The notes under the pieces are model-generated. The model worked only from the letters and a program-made list of their open reading frames with translations, had not been told where the DNA came from and did not search any database. A DNA stretch of 64,000 bases from Isurus oxyrinchus (lineage: Eukaryota): contig JANJGN010000026.1 in NCBI GenBank assembly GCA_026770705.1, positions 27,156,001 to 27,220,000 of the forward strand, given 5' to 3'. Position 1 is the stretch's first letter. Every line of letters begins with the position of its first letter. The position numbers and the translations under genes were made by a program. Shown here in pieces: positions 23,096 to 36,880 of the stretch.

Positions 23096-25992
23096 TACAC
23101 ATCCCCAACAGAATGGACTCAGATATTTACAATAGGTTACTGTTAAAGGTGGACATTTTACCTGTGTCGGGATATTTGGCTGAATGGATTCATTGAAATG
23201 TCTCCATTGGCTCCAATGGTGAAGTTGCAGTTGAGCATCTGTTAATAAAAAAAACTAATTCAATTGTAAATTAAGTTCATTTATTTCTACACTGCCTCAC
23301 AAGGGGCTGAACATAAAAAATTAAGTTACGCTTTCAGGGAATAGAGGGACTGCCAGTCAGTTTTGCAGCAACTTCGGGTCTCTATCTCATTACAACAATA
23401 AAGTACCATCAAACATATGAATTATTATTGATTTGTGTAACTAAATGCAGAGGATAAACAAAGTGACAGTGTGGGTGGCTAGCGCTGTACAATTTGGATG
23501 CGGAGATAAGAAAAATCTCCGCACATTATACAATGTCCCTCCTTGCATTTCTCTAATAGCCTCTGACCCGAAGGCAGACCTGTGAAAATTAGCGGTAAAA
23601 GAAGCCCGCCTGCCTGATAATTAAACAGTGAGTTGACAGAGAAACGTAACATTTACATCAACTTTTGACAGAGAAGTTAATGAATCAGAACGGACACGGA
23701 GATCAGCACAGTTATCCTTCAGCATCCAAATCATTGCGGCTAATTTGATTGGCCACCGGCTGCCTACCATTCATTGGTATTGGGAATGCAGGATATCAGG
23801 ACTTTGCGGCATATTACACAATATCACAAGAATAAATGCTTTATCTTCCACTGAAGCGGGTCATGAACTGGTCATTTCTCCACTCATTGGCAGCTATAAG
23901 AGGGACTGTTAAACAGTCGAAATCAGCACAAATTAAACTGGACTGTATACGGTGCTAATCGGGTATAAGAGACGCCTCAGGTTAAATGAGGCGTAGAACT
24001 CTGAGAATATTCAAGGAATTCCTGCGGGTTCAAGACAATTATATGATTTTCTTTTAATTTAATTTGTTATTTTTTTTGCCATTCTACTCAAATCATTAGA
24101 CTGGGGGTTTGGGAGCATCAACATCGCTCTCTCGCACTTCATGAAGTTCTTAATAAGCCCAACTTTAATAACTGGAATGCCCTTTACTTAGAAATAATAT
24201 AAATTAGATAGTATATGGTCAATTTAATATTTTCTGACCGTGTTTAATCTCATAGTGAACACAGCATTCATGAAAATATTCTTAGATGAAATAACATTTC
24301 AAATATCTCTTTCGTGTGCGACTGAAAGCAATAATGTTTGAATGGCTCAATCCCAGTTTGTTCATTCATATCCAGGTTAATCTGCCCCACACAGTATTTG
24401 GCAGCAAGCCAGCCGGCTGCAGCCGGGGAGGATCGAATGTCCAATGTTATTTTTCAGGAAGCATCTGGGGATTTGTGCAGTTAATCAAAGATCTGTTTCC
24501 TCAGTACTGACCGCTTGGCTGCAAGCCAACTTCAAACCATTTACGTTGTCAACAAGGCCTATTTATAGCCTATCTACCCAGCAACAACACTGGAGTCAGT
24601 TTTATTATTTAAATTGTGAACCTATGTGAACTGTTCCCATCTCTCAGGAAAGAAAAGTTATCCAGCTTTCCTGACACCCTGTCAGCATCAATAGTTCATT
24701 GGAGGATCTCTCCAACACTTCATAATATTGTGAAGGATGGATGGATGGAAAGAATTACAGGCAGATTATCAGAGAGAGGATTCATTTTGTAACAGTCAAA
24801 CATATAAATTTGTGGGATTTTTTCACCCTATTACCCTTTCACGGAATGTGGGAGTCACTGGCAAGACCATAATTTGTTGCCTCTTCCTAATTGCCTTTGA
24901 ACTGAACGCCTTGCTGGGCCATTTCAGAGGGCAGTTAGAGTCCACCATATGGTTGTGAACCTGGAGTCACATGTAGGCCAGACTAGGTACAGTGGCAGAT
25001 TTCCTTTCCTAAAGGACATTAGTGAATCAGATGAGTTCTGTTTCCACAGTGGATGATAGCTTCATGGTTCCCTTCACTGAGACCAGTTTTTAATCCCAGA
25101 TTTATTATTGAATTTAAATTCCATTAGCTGCCATGGTAGGATTTGAATTCGTGTCGGCAGGTGAATAGCTTGGGTCTCTGGATTACTAGTCCAGTGACAT
25201 TAACACAACATCATCGTCTGCCAACGAATGGAGGGATGACTGCAGTGATGCAGGAATGAATGGTAGTTGGATGTCTGAATATTTTGATTAAGGAATCAGT
25301 GAATGGGTTGATCGATGTATCGATTGGCATGCCTTAAAGATGCTGTTCTACCTTGCCATCTTGGTGCTTTACTATTTCATACCTTGAAGTAGGTCCAGTA
25401 TTTCATTTGTGTCAGTCTAATACCTTCAGTACCCCCAGATTTGCAGGATGTATTCATCCCCAGGTTAATGAGCTGAACATCACCAAGAGAAGGTTGGAGA
25501 TGCCTCTGCGGTACTAATGATTCTTCCCGGCTGATGAGAAATCACTATCTTTCAGACAGAAAGCGGGTAAATAATTCGGCTTAGGATGTAGTATTGTAAT
25601 ATTTGGAACATGTGGTCCTTGTATGTACAACAAAACATTCAACATATCCTCACCCAAATTAGTGAAGGTAACAGACGTTACTCACTGGAGAGGCGTCAGG
25701 TCCAGGTAGTTTTATTTATACCATCACTTTACAAATCCTCACACACTCCAGTTATATATCAGGAGTTTCTGTGTGATGATGAGGTGATTACTTGTCAATA
25801 AAGTGCAGAGGCACCTGGGTAGCTGCACATTGCCTTCGGTCTGATTTAATTCCATTTCCCATTGAATTCTGGGACAGATATGATTCCTTACTGACAGAAT
25901 GGTCAATGTGATCTCAATCAACGTTAATGATATTAAATGAATCGCAATTACATTTTGTATGGCATAAAATGTTGAAAATGATTGGTTCATGC

Positions 25993-26245
25993 AATTATTA
26001 ATTATATTCAGCAACTATCATCCATTCACAAAGATTATTTGTCTTGTGAATTGATGGTAATTGGTGGATATAATTATTTATCTTTGTGAATTGATGGTAG
26101 TTGTTGAATATCATCATTTATCTTTGTGAATGGATACCAGTTGGTGAATATACTTATTTATCTTTGTGAATTGATGATAATTCTTGAAGATAATTAATTA
26201 CCTTCGTGAGTTGATAATAATTGGTGTTGATAATTATTTATCTTT
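25993..26245. repeat. 40-bp minisatellite, about 5 direct copies preceded by one inverted copy
   Basis: attatttatctttgtgaattgatggtagttg... units start at ~26034, 26073, 26113, 26153, 26193 and 26233. An inverted unit lies at 25993-26033. Confidence 0.85.
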
Positions 26246-26247
26246 CC

Positions 26248-27770
26248 CAGCCTTTACGACCTTCTTCTTCTCTGCTGAAAGATAAGATCCGTTCCACAGG
26301 AGGTGAATGATGCAAAAATTACCACACTATCTGAAAACAAAGCCGACAGGTGTGACTGCAGCAACTATAAGGATATCTCACTCAGAGAGTCACGGGGAAG
26401 GACTTTACTTGGTTCATGCTTTAAAGGCTTTATCTGGTTGCAAGCTGAAGCACAGAGTGATGTTTGTGACATGATCTGTTCCATACGCTCGACACCATCA
26501 GCGGAACAGGACTCTACAAGATTATTGGGAAAATTGGCTGTTCACCAAAGCTCTACAGTCTCATTCACTCCTTCCATGACAATATGCACTGTGCTGTACA
26601 GATTGATGATTCCACTTCTGACAGATTCAGACCGAAGAATGGAGTGAAACAGGCCTGTGTTCAACCCCCACTCTGTTGGGCACCTTCTCCATGCTACTAG
26701 TCTTTGTCTTCCCTGTTGACATGGAAGGAGTCAACTTACACACTCGATCAGACCGAAAGTTCCACAGTCTATAAGACAGAAAGCGAAGACATAAACACAT
26801 TGAATCTTGATCACAGAATTCCTCCACGCTGATAACTCTCATCAAAACGGAAACTCATCCACAAAGACTGATGAACTGACTGTCCCATGCCTGTAACTTG
26901 TTCTCCCTGACCATAAGCATGGAGAAAACCTTGGTAATGGGACAAGATGTTGCATTTCCGTCACTGATCACACTAAATAACAAACTGATGGAAGTCAGTT
27001 CCGCTCCCTGGGTTCCAAGGTGACTTGCAACCTGTTCCTTGATGAAGAACTTGATCCCACATGGGGAAAGCAGCTGCCACCTTTGTCTGACTCATGAGAT
27101 GCCCATGGAATAACATCAAACTGACCCTTAAGACCAAGCTGATGGTTTATAAGGCCTGTATACTCAGCACCTTGCTGTATGGCTCTGAAACATGGGCGAC
27201 TGACAGCTATCAAGAAAAGAAGCTCCACAATTTCCATCTTCAATGCCTGCTACGCATTATGGGTATGTAATGGCAGGGTAAAGTCACGAATGCAGTGGTA
27301 CTCTCAAAGGCAGAGCTCCTAAGACTGAAGAACTCATCAAACAGAAGTGGTTTCTGTGGCTTGGGAACCTTCACAGGATGTAAGATGGTCACATACACAA
27401 AGACTTTCTGTATGGTGAGAGAGCTGGAGGCAGGCAACCACTGGGACGCCCAAAGCTCTGCTTCAAGGATGCTTGAAGTGAAGGCCCTAAATATCGTTTA
27501 TCGCAACTGAGCGTAACAAACTGACGACTGCGGAAAATGGCGACACCTCCTGTGGGTTGACGTGAATCACCATGATGACCAGCGGCTTCAGCAGCTTGGC
27601 ACTCCAAGCCAACACCGAGAAAAAAAAACAAGCTATAATGACACTTTGTAGCTTCATGTGCAGCACTTGTGGCAGAGCCTGCCTCACAACAATGGCCTCC
27701 TCAGTCATCAGCACATCTGAAATGGATTTGTTTCCATTGTTGTCTGTGACCTTTTATAGATGGAAGGTTG
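26248..27770 (+). mobile_element. Degenerate RTE-clade LINE
   Basis: DAKITTL..KADRCDCSNYKDISL, GVKQ-like RT region, terminal CSTCGRAC zinc finger; many frameshifts. Confidence 0.75.
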
Positions 27771-28132
27771 TCCAGGGTCTTCGTGAAATTCAAATGCAAA
27801 CAATATGATGTGCTTCCTTCTCTCTCCCTGTCACACACTGACACATACACGCACAGACCAAAATGGCATCTTGTGCTTCAACTTAAGGTCCCACTTTGAC
27901 TTCCTGGGAGGCTTCATAGCCCGTAACTATTGATCAAAATGACCCTGACTGTCTTTCAGGTGGTACCATGAACAAATAAACTCTCCCCAACACTATGTTT
28001 GTTGAGGTGGACATTAAAGTTCCCGCCGTCTCTATACAGCTCCCTGATCAACATCCCTCCCTTTAATCAAGTTGAGCAAAGTCACATCACCAGGTATTGG
28101 GCCACTTTACTCTGGTGCTGACTTTAACATGC

Positions 28133-31100
28133 GCTAATCAACCATGTTCATCTGCAGTTAGTTGCATTTTGTTAAATTTTCACAACTCCCACAGAAGGCG
28201 ACGTGGGTGACATCTGGGGAAGTGGATTCTTGCTATAATAATATCAAAGATCTAACCTGACAGCGACATTTTCACTGTAGCTGCAATTGCAAGGTTTGGC
28301 CAGCAGATGGATTTGAAATCTTGAAGGATACATTCTACGAAACAGGCATTGTCTCAATTAATACTGCACTGGACCCTGTCTCTGTCTTTCTAAATTGGAC
28401 TCCATCTATACGTATGTTAGACCAAGCACTGTCTCTGTTTATATTTCAATGTACCCTGTTTCAATTAGTACTGCACCAGTCAACACCAATATTTATGTCA
28501 CACATAAATATGGAAGATCCCAATTCAAAACGATCGGAATTACCTCTGCAGTAATGTCACATCCAGTCGTAAATGGTGGTGGACAAGTAAAAAAATAACT
28601 GGAGAATGGGTCCACAAAGTTGTGGGTCCGGAGTTATATGTATGGGAGGTGGTGATGTGCTGGTATTCTCACTGGGCTAGTAAATCGCTGGGGATCTGGG
28701 TTTGAATCCTACCACGGCAGATGGTGAAATTTGAACTGAAAAATCTAATGATGACCATGAAACCATTGTCATAAAAACCCAGCCTAACAAGCCACATTGT
28801 TCTCAAGGGGGCAATTAGAATGGGCAATAAATGCTGGCCTAACCAGCGTTGGCCCCATTCTCATGAACGAACAAAAATAATGTAGGTCAGGCTGGGTAAG
28901 GACAGCAGGTTTCCTTCCGTAAAGGACATCAGTGAACCAGATGGATGTTTACGATAATCGATTACAGTTTCATGGTCACCCTTATTGAGATGAGCTTTCA
29001 CTTCCAGACTTATTAATTGAATTTGGATTCCACATGCTTCAAAATGGGATTCAAACCTCTACACCCAGAACAAAGGCTTGGAACGATGGATTACTAATCC
29101 AATGATGTTCCCACTGCACGATCATCTCTCCCATGTTGTACAGGATCCTGTTTCGATTATTAAAGTCCCAGGAACTACTTCATTTCTGTTGTGCTGGATC
29201 AAGCCTCTGTTTGTATTAAATAGACCCTATCTCGTTAATGTTCCTTTGGAAGCCATCTCAGTTTGTATTGCACTGGACCCTGTCTCCACTTATATTACAC
29301 TAGGCCCTGTCTCTGTTTATATTAAACATGACCCTGTCTCTGTTTATATTATATTAAATCTTGACCATGTCCATATTATACCAGACCGGGTCATTGTAAC
29401 TACGGCACTAGGCTATGTCTCTGAAGAAGAGTCTTACGGACTCGACACACGGACTCTGTTTCTCTCTCCACAGATGCTGTCAGACCTGCTGAGTTTGTCC
29501 AGCATTTTCTGTCCGTATTTCAGATTTCCAGCATTTGCAGCATTTTGCTTTTATCTGTGCCTCTGTTTAAATTATGGCTGTATGACTCCATGTTTCTGTG
29601 AGATGGAGAGATAATGATGTAAATAAAGATGTTAGGCTAGAAATCTATATCTGGCAGTAGCCTGAAAGGGCAGCATCGGATCGGCCGTACATGGCACGCA
29701 GAATTGGATATTCATTTCAGTTCAGTCAGCACAATTAGATTTCAGATATCCCTTCTTTGCCAGCGCCAAAGATCAATTTCCCACCTATAGAGTGGAATGT
29801 GTAGGAGGATGCAGGGCATTGTGTTCCCATATGCTTGTTGCCCTTGTTATTCTGGGAAGTCGAGGTCACAGGTATGGAAGGTGTTGTTGAAGAGGCCTTG
29901 GCGAGTTGCTGCAGTGCATCTTGTGGATGACACACACTGAAGCCACTGTGTATCAGTGGCGAAGGGAGTGAATGTTTAACTCCTAGATGAGGTGCCTATC
30001 AAGGGGTTGCTTTCCCTTGGTTGGTGTGGAGATTCTAGAGTGTTGCTGCAGTTACATTCGTCCAGGGAAGTAAACAGTTTCCAACAGACATCTGACTTGC
30101 AGATAGTGGAAAGGCTTCGGGGAGTCCGGAGGTGAGCTATTCATCACAGAATCCGCAGCCTCTGACCTACTCTTGTAGCCACATTATTAATATGGCTGGT
30201 CCAGTTCAGTTTCTGTTCAATGGCACCTGCACGACGTTGATGGTGGGTTTCAGCGATGGTAATGTCCTCTGAATGTCAAGGGTAGACATGTGGTTTCTTT
30301 ACTGTTGGAGTTGGTCATTGCCTGACACTTGTGTGCTACTTTTCTCACTTGCAACTTATCAGCTCAAACTTGTCCAGTTCGAGATGCAACAAGTAAGGAC
30401 AGTTTCATTATCTGAGAGGTCATAAAGGGAACCGAACTCTACAAATATGAGTGAACATCCCCATTCCTGACCTGGTGATGAAGGGAAGGTCATTGATCAA
30501 GCTGCTGAAGATGGTTGGACCAAGGACACTTCTCTGAGAGACTCTTGGAATGATGTCCTGGTTCTGAGATAATTGGTCTCCAACAAAATGACATCTTCAT
30601 GTGCGCTAGGTGTGATTCCAGCAAGTGGAGTGACTTGCCCCTGATTCCCGTTGACCTGACTCTTTCCAAGGCTTCCTGATGCCACACTCAGTCAATAGCT
30701 ACTTTGACGTCAAGCACTGAAGCATTCACGCATCATGTTTGGAAGTTCACTCTCTTGTCCATGTTCAGAGCAAGTTTACAATGAGCTTTGATGCTGGCTG
30801 ATCCTGGTGTTTCCAGTCTGAGCTTTGGTGAGCAGGTCGGCAACACCTTCAGTCACTTTACTGATGATTGAGAGTAGACTGATTGAGCTGTGAGGGTACA
30901 GACCTGATCTGTTGTCCATTACGTACAGAGTTCTAGCTTCACACTATGGTTCATCATTTTCAGGTATGCCTGGTCTTGCTTCTTACATGCTGGCCTACAT
31001 TCCTCATTGTTCCCAGGCTGGATGCTAGACTCATAGACTCATTGATGTTTACAGCACAGATGGAGGCCAGTCGGCCCATCGTTTTGCGCAGGTCAACAGA

Positions 31101-34100
31101 GATCTGACTACACTAATCCCATTTTCCCGCGCTTGGCCCATAGCCCTGTAGGCGATGGAAGCTCAAGTGAACATTTAAATCCTTCTTTGATGTTACTAGA
31201 GTTTCTGACTCAACCACACTTTCGGGCAGGGAGTTCGAAATTCCTACCATCCTCTGGGTGAAAAAAAATCTCCTCAACTCCCCTCTTAGCCTTCTAACTC
31301 TTATCTTAAATCTCTGCTCTCTGGTTTTTGACCCCTCTACTAATGGAAAAGGTGCCTTCCTATCCATCCTATCTATGCCCCTCAACCATCGTTGCTCCAA
31401 GGAAAACAGCCCCAGCCTATCCAATCTTTCCTCCTAGGTCAGATCCTCCAGCCCAGACAGCAGCCTGGTAAATCTCCCCTGCACTCTCTCCAGTGCAGTC
31501 ACATACTTCTTATAATGTCGTGACCAGAACTGCACGCAGTACTCCAGTTGTGGCCTAACCAACGTTTTATACAGTTCCAGCATAACCTTCCTGCTCTTGT
31601 GTTCTATGCCTCAGCCAATAAAGGCAAGTAACCCATATGCCTTCTTAACCACCTCATCTACCTGCTCTGTTACCTTCAGTGATCTGTGGATAGGCACACT
31701 AAGGTTTGAGTGAGGGATATTCTGGTCCATGAGATTACAGGTTGTGATTGAATGCAATTATCCTGCTGTTAATAACCAACAGTATCTCATTGATGGCAAG
31801 TTTTGAGCTTATCAACTATGTTCATCTGAAATTAGTTGAAATTTGTTAAATTTTGACAGCTCCATCAGAAGGCGATGTGGTACTACACCTGGGGAAGTTG
31901 ATTCTTGATACAATAATATCAAAGACCTAACCTGACTGCGATACTTTCACAGTAGCTGCAATTGCAAGGTTTGGCCAACAGATGGGGTTGAAACCTTGAA
32001 GGATACATTGTATGAAATAGGCATTGTCTTAGTTCATGTTGCACTGGACCCTGTCTCTGTCTTTTTAAATTGGACTCCATCTATATTTATATCAGACCAA
32101 ACACTGTCTGTTTATATTTCACTACACCCTGTTTCAAGTAGCACTGCACCAGTCAATACCAATATTTATATCATAGTCTTGAAGATCCCACATCCAATAG
32201 ATTGGATCTACACTGAAGTCCTGTCACATCCAGTCGTTAGTGGTCATCGACAGTTAAACAAATAACCGGAGAATGGGGTGACACAAAATTGTGGGTCTGC
32301 AGCCTGGGGCGCGGTGGTGAAGTAGTATTCTCACTGGGCTGGTAAATTCTTGGGATCTGAGTTTGAATCCCACCACAACAGATGGTGAAATTCAAATGTC
32401 CAATGATAACTTGAAACCATTGTCGTAAAGACCCATGTGGTTCATTAATGTCACCTGGTCTTGACTACATGTGACTCCAGAACCACAGCAATGTGGTTGA
32501 CTCTTAAATAGACTAATAAGCCACACTGTTCCCAAGGCCAATTAGGGATGGGCAATGAATGCTGGCCTCGCCAATGCTACCCCAGTTCCCATGAACAAAT
32601 AAAAAGAAATGTAGGCCAGATTGGGTAAGGAGAGCAGATATCCCTCCCTAAATGACATCGGTGAACCAGATGGATGTTTATGATAATTGATTATAGTTTC
32701 ATGGTCACCATTATTGAGATAAGCTTTCAATTCCAGATTTATTAATTGAATTTCGATTCCACATGCCGACATAACGGGATTCAAGCCCCTATCCGCAGAG
32801 AAAAGGCCTGGATCTCTGGATTACTAATCCAATGATGTTCCCACTGCACAATCATCTCTCCCATGTTATACAGGATCCTGTTTTGATTATTAATGCACTC
32901 GGCACTACCTCATTTTTATTGTACTAGATAAGGCCTCTGTTTGTATCAAAATAGGCCATTTCTCATTAATATTCCACTTGAAGCCATCTCTGTTTGTACT
33001 ACACTGGACCCTGTCTCTGTTTATATCATATTAGATCTTTACTATGTCTGTATTATACCAGACAGTATCACTGTAATTACGGCACTAGACTATGCCTCTG
33101 GAGAAGAGTCATACGGACTCTAAACTTTAACTCTGTTTGTCTCTCCACAGATGCTGTCAGGCTTGCTGAGTTATTCCAGCAGTTTCTGTTTTTATTTCGG
33201 ATTTCCAGCATTCACAGTATTTTACTTTTATCTGTGCCCATTTAAATTATAGCTGCATTACTCCAAGTTTCTTTGAGATGGAGAGATAATACTAAAAATA
33301 ATGATGGTTGGGCCATGGACACTTCCCTGATGGACTCCTGGAATGATGTCCTCGTGCTGAGATGATTGGTCTCCAACAGCCATAACATCTTCATGTGCGC
33401 TTGGTGTGACTCCAACCAGTGGAGAGACTTCCCATGATTCCCACTGAGGTGACCCCTTTCAAGGCTTTTCAATGCCACACTCAGTCAAAAGCTACTTTCA
33501 CACAAAGCACTAAAGTATTCACACATCATCTCTGGATGTTAGCTCTCTTACCCATGTTCAGACCAACTTTACAATGAGATTTGAAGCTGGCTGATCCGGG
33601 TGGACCAGTGTGAGCCTTGGTGAGCACCTCGGTGACTTCTTCAATCATTTTACTGATGATTAAGATTAGACTAAATGAGAGCCATGGGGATGGATTTGAT
33701 CTGTTTTCCATTATGTACAGTGTTCTAGCTTCACACTATGTTTCATCATTTTCAGGTATGCCTGGTTTTGCTTCTGATCTGATGTTCTACATTCCTCATT
33801 GTCCCCAGGTTGGGTGTTAGACTCAGAGGCTCATACAGCAGAAAAGGAGGCCAACTGGCCCACCATATCATCATTGGTCAAAAAAGATCTGACTACACTA
33901 ATCCCATTTTCCAGTACTTGGCCCAGAGCCGTGGAGGGTTTGGCAGCTTAAGTGAACATTTAAATTCTTCTTTAATGTTACTAGAGTTTCTAACGCAACC
34001 ACCCTTTCGGGCAGTGAGTTCAAAATTCCTACTACCCTCTGGGAGAAAAAAATTCTCCTCAACTCCCCTCTTAGCCTTCTGCCTCTTATCTTAAATCTCT

Positions 34101-34628
34101 GCACCCTGGTTTTTGATCTCTCTACTCATGGACAAGGTGCCTTCCTATCCACCCTATGTATGCCCCTCATAATCTTATACACCTCTGTCGGATCCCCTTT
34201 CAACTTTCCCTGCTCCAAGGAAAACAACCCCAGCCTATCCAATCTTTCATCATAGCCCAGACCCTCCAGCCCAGGCAGTATCCTGGTAAATCTCCTCTGC
34301 ACCCTCTCCAGTGCAATCACATCCTTCCGATAATGTGGTGATCAGAACTGCATGTAGTACTCCGGTTGTGGCCTATGCAGCATTTTATGCAGTTCCAGCA
34401 CAACCTCCCTGCTCTTGTATTCTAGACCTCAGCTAATAAAGACAAATATCCCATATGCCTTCTTAACCACCTCATCTACCTGCCCTGCTAAATTCAGGGA
34501 TCCGTGGAGAGGCACATCAAGGTGTAAGCGAGGGATATTCTGGTCAATGGGATTACAGGGTGTGATTGAATGCAATTATTCTGCTGCTAATGGCCCACAG
34601 CATCTCGTTGATGGCAAGTTTTGAGCTG
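28133..34628 (+). repeat. Tandem segmental duplication (unit A ~28133-31806, unit B ~31807-34628)
   Basis: Both units have the same order of unique-looking DNA, satellite relic, SINE pair, PLE tail and LINE fragments. B lacks about 0.9 kb (~29620-30480 of A). Confidence 0.9.
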
Positions 34629-35499
34629 CTTCATCTATTCTGAATGTATCCCGTTTGGCACTTTGGCAGTGCCACACAACACAATGGAGAATGTGCTCGG
34701 TGTGAATACCAGTCTTGGTTTCCACAAGGATAGTGCAGGGATCAATCTCACTTATATTGATAGTGTGATGGGTCTGAGATCAGGTAGGGATTTCCCTCGT
34801 GTTGGCTCTTTCACCATCTGTAGCATGTCCAATCTGGCAGATACGTCATTCAGGACTGATCCAGCGCGACTACTAATGGTCATGTCAAGTGGCAATTGAC
34901 TTTGCAAATCCACAGCACACTCATTGCCTTTTCTACCCTCAGTTTTTCTTCCAAGTAGTACTAAAGATGAAGGAGTACAGGTTCATCAGCTGAGGGATGG
35001 CAATAGGTGGTAATCACCAGGAGATATCTCCACCCATACCTTACCTGGTTCTGTAGGGCTTCAGGGTATCTGGTGTCAATATTGTTGCACTCCACCGTGT
35101 GTCTGTTCGTATTACACTGGACCTATCACATTGTTACTGCTCTAGTCCATGTTTCTGTAACACTGGACCCTGTCTCAGTTATTTATGTAATTGTCCTCTG
35201 TTTATATTACACTAGTATATTCCCTTACTTTATCACACTGGACCCTGGAAATAGGAGTTAAATGGTTCAATTTAAACAGCTGCAAGGTAAGAGAGACCTG
35301 CGGTTTATGAACACAAATCTGGGATGCAGGGAGGACAAGTCACGACATCTAAATAGGCACCCATGAAAATTGTTCTCCAAAGAATTTTTGCATCATTACT
35401 GTTCCCACCATCTTGCTGTCTTATCTTTACTACTTCCACCCCAACAAATTTCCACATTATTGGGCTTGTGCAGTGCATTAATACCCGAGACAGGTATTG

Positions 35500-36300
35500 T
35501 AATTTAAATACAAACATGATCTAGTGCAGAACTGAGGCAGTATCTACTGCAATACAGAGACAGGTCTAGATTAATATATACAGAGACATGTTAAGTATAA
35601 TATAAACAGAGACAGGGCCTTGCTTAATAGAAGCAAATACAGGGTCTAGGGTAATATAAACAAAAACAGGGTCCAATGTAATATAAAAAGAGACAGGATC
35701 TAGTGTATTACAAATAGACAGGGTCCAGTTTAATATAAACAGGGACAGGGTCTCGTGTAAGATAAACAGTGACCAGGTCTACTGTAATATAAACAGAGTC
35801 AGTGTCTAGTGTAGTATAAAGAGACAGCAACTAGTGCAATATAAACAGAAACATATCGAGTATAATATAGATACATGTCGAGTGTAATATAAACAGACAC
35901 ATATCAAGTTTAATATAAACAGGGGCAAGGCCTAGTGTAATACAAAGACCTAGTCTCGTGTCATATAAACAGAGAGAGAGGGTCTGGTGTAATATAAATC
36001 GGTACTGGGATTAATGTAATATAAACAGAAACGGGGTCTAGTGCAGTATAAACAGAAACATCTTGAGTGTAATGTAAGCAGGGACAGAGCCTCGTGTAAT
36101 ACAAACAGGGACAGAGTCTAGTGTAATGTACACAGGAACAGCGTCTACTGTAATATAAACAGAGACAGCGTCTTGTTCATTATAAACCGAGAAATGTCGA
36201 GTATAATATAAACAGACATGCCGAGCGTAATATAAACTGTGACAAGGTCTGGTCTGTGTAATATAAAAAAGGACAGGGTCACGGTCGAATGCAACATCGA
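35500..36300 (-). repeat. 27-bp satellite array (reverse orientation)
   Basis: tagtgtaatataaacagagacagggtc-type units. Confidence 0.88.
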
Positions 36301-36304
36301 GACC

Positions 36305-36880
36305 GGGTCTACTGTCCCATCAAACTTTCCAAGGATAGGTGCAGCATAGGGCTCGGCACCGAATTTAAAACTCCCTCTACGTTGCCACTTTAAATAATCC
36401 CAGAGAAGGTACAGCACGGGTTCGATAGAGCGAAACTCCCTCGACAGTGTCCCTGTGGAACATTCCCAGGGCAGGTAGAGCAAGGGCTAGATGCGGTTCG
36501 ACACGGTGTAGCGTAATGCAAAGACAGGGCCTACGGCTCCACACAACACTCCCAGGGCAGGAGTAGCATGGGGCTACATTGATCATGTAAAGCTCCCTCT
36601 ACATTGCCACATGAAAAAGTCCCAAGGCAGGTTTAGCACGGGTTAGATTCAGGGTGAAACTCCCTCTACACTGTCCCACCAGACAGTCCAAAGGCAGGGA
36701 AAGCACACGTTAGATGCAGGGGAAGGTCCTTCGACACTGCCACATCAAATCCCCGCTACTGGCCACAACACAGGTGATATGCAGAGTAAAGATTAATCCG
36801 CAGTTTCCCATCAAACACTCCCAGGTCAGTGAATGCTCAAAACAGATTTAGAACAAAGTTCCCTCTATGGACTCCAGTCC
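36305..36880 (+). repeat. ~65-bp degenerate tandem repeat (~9 copies)
   Basis: actgtcccatcaaacactcccagggcaggtacagcacgggttagat...aaactccctctac units. Confidence 0.8.
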
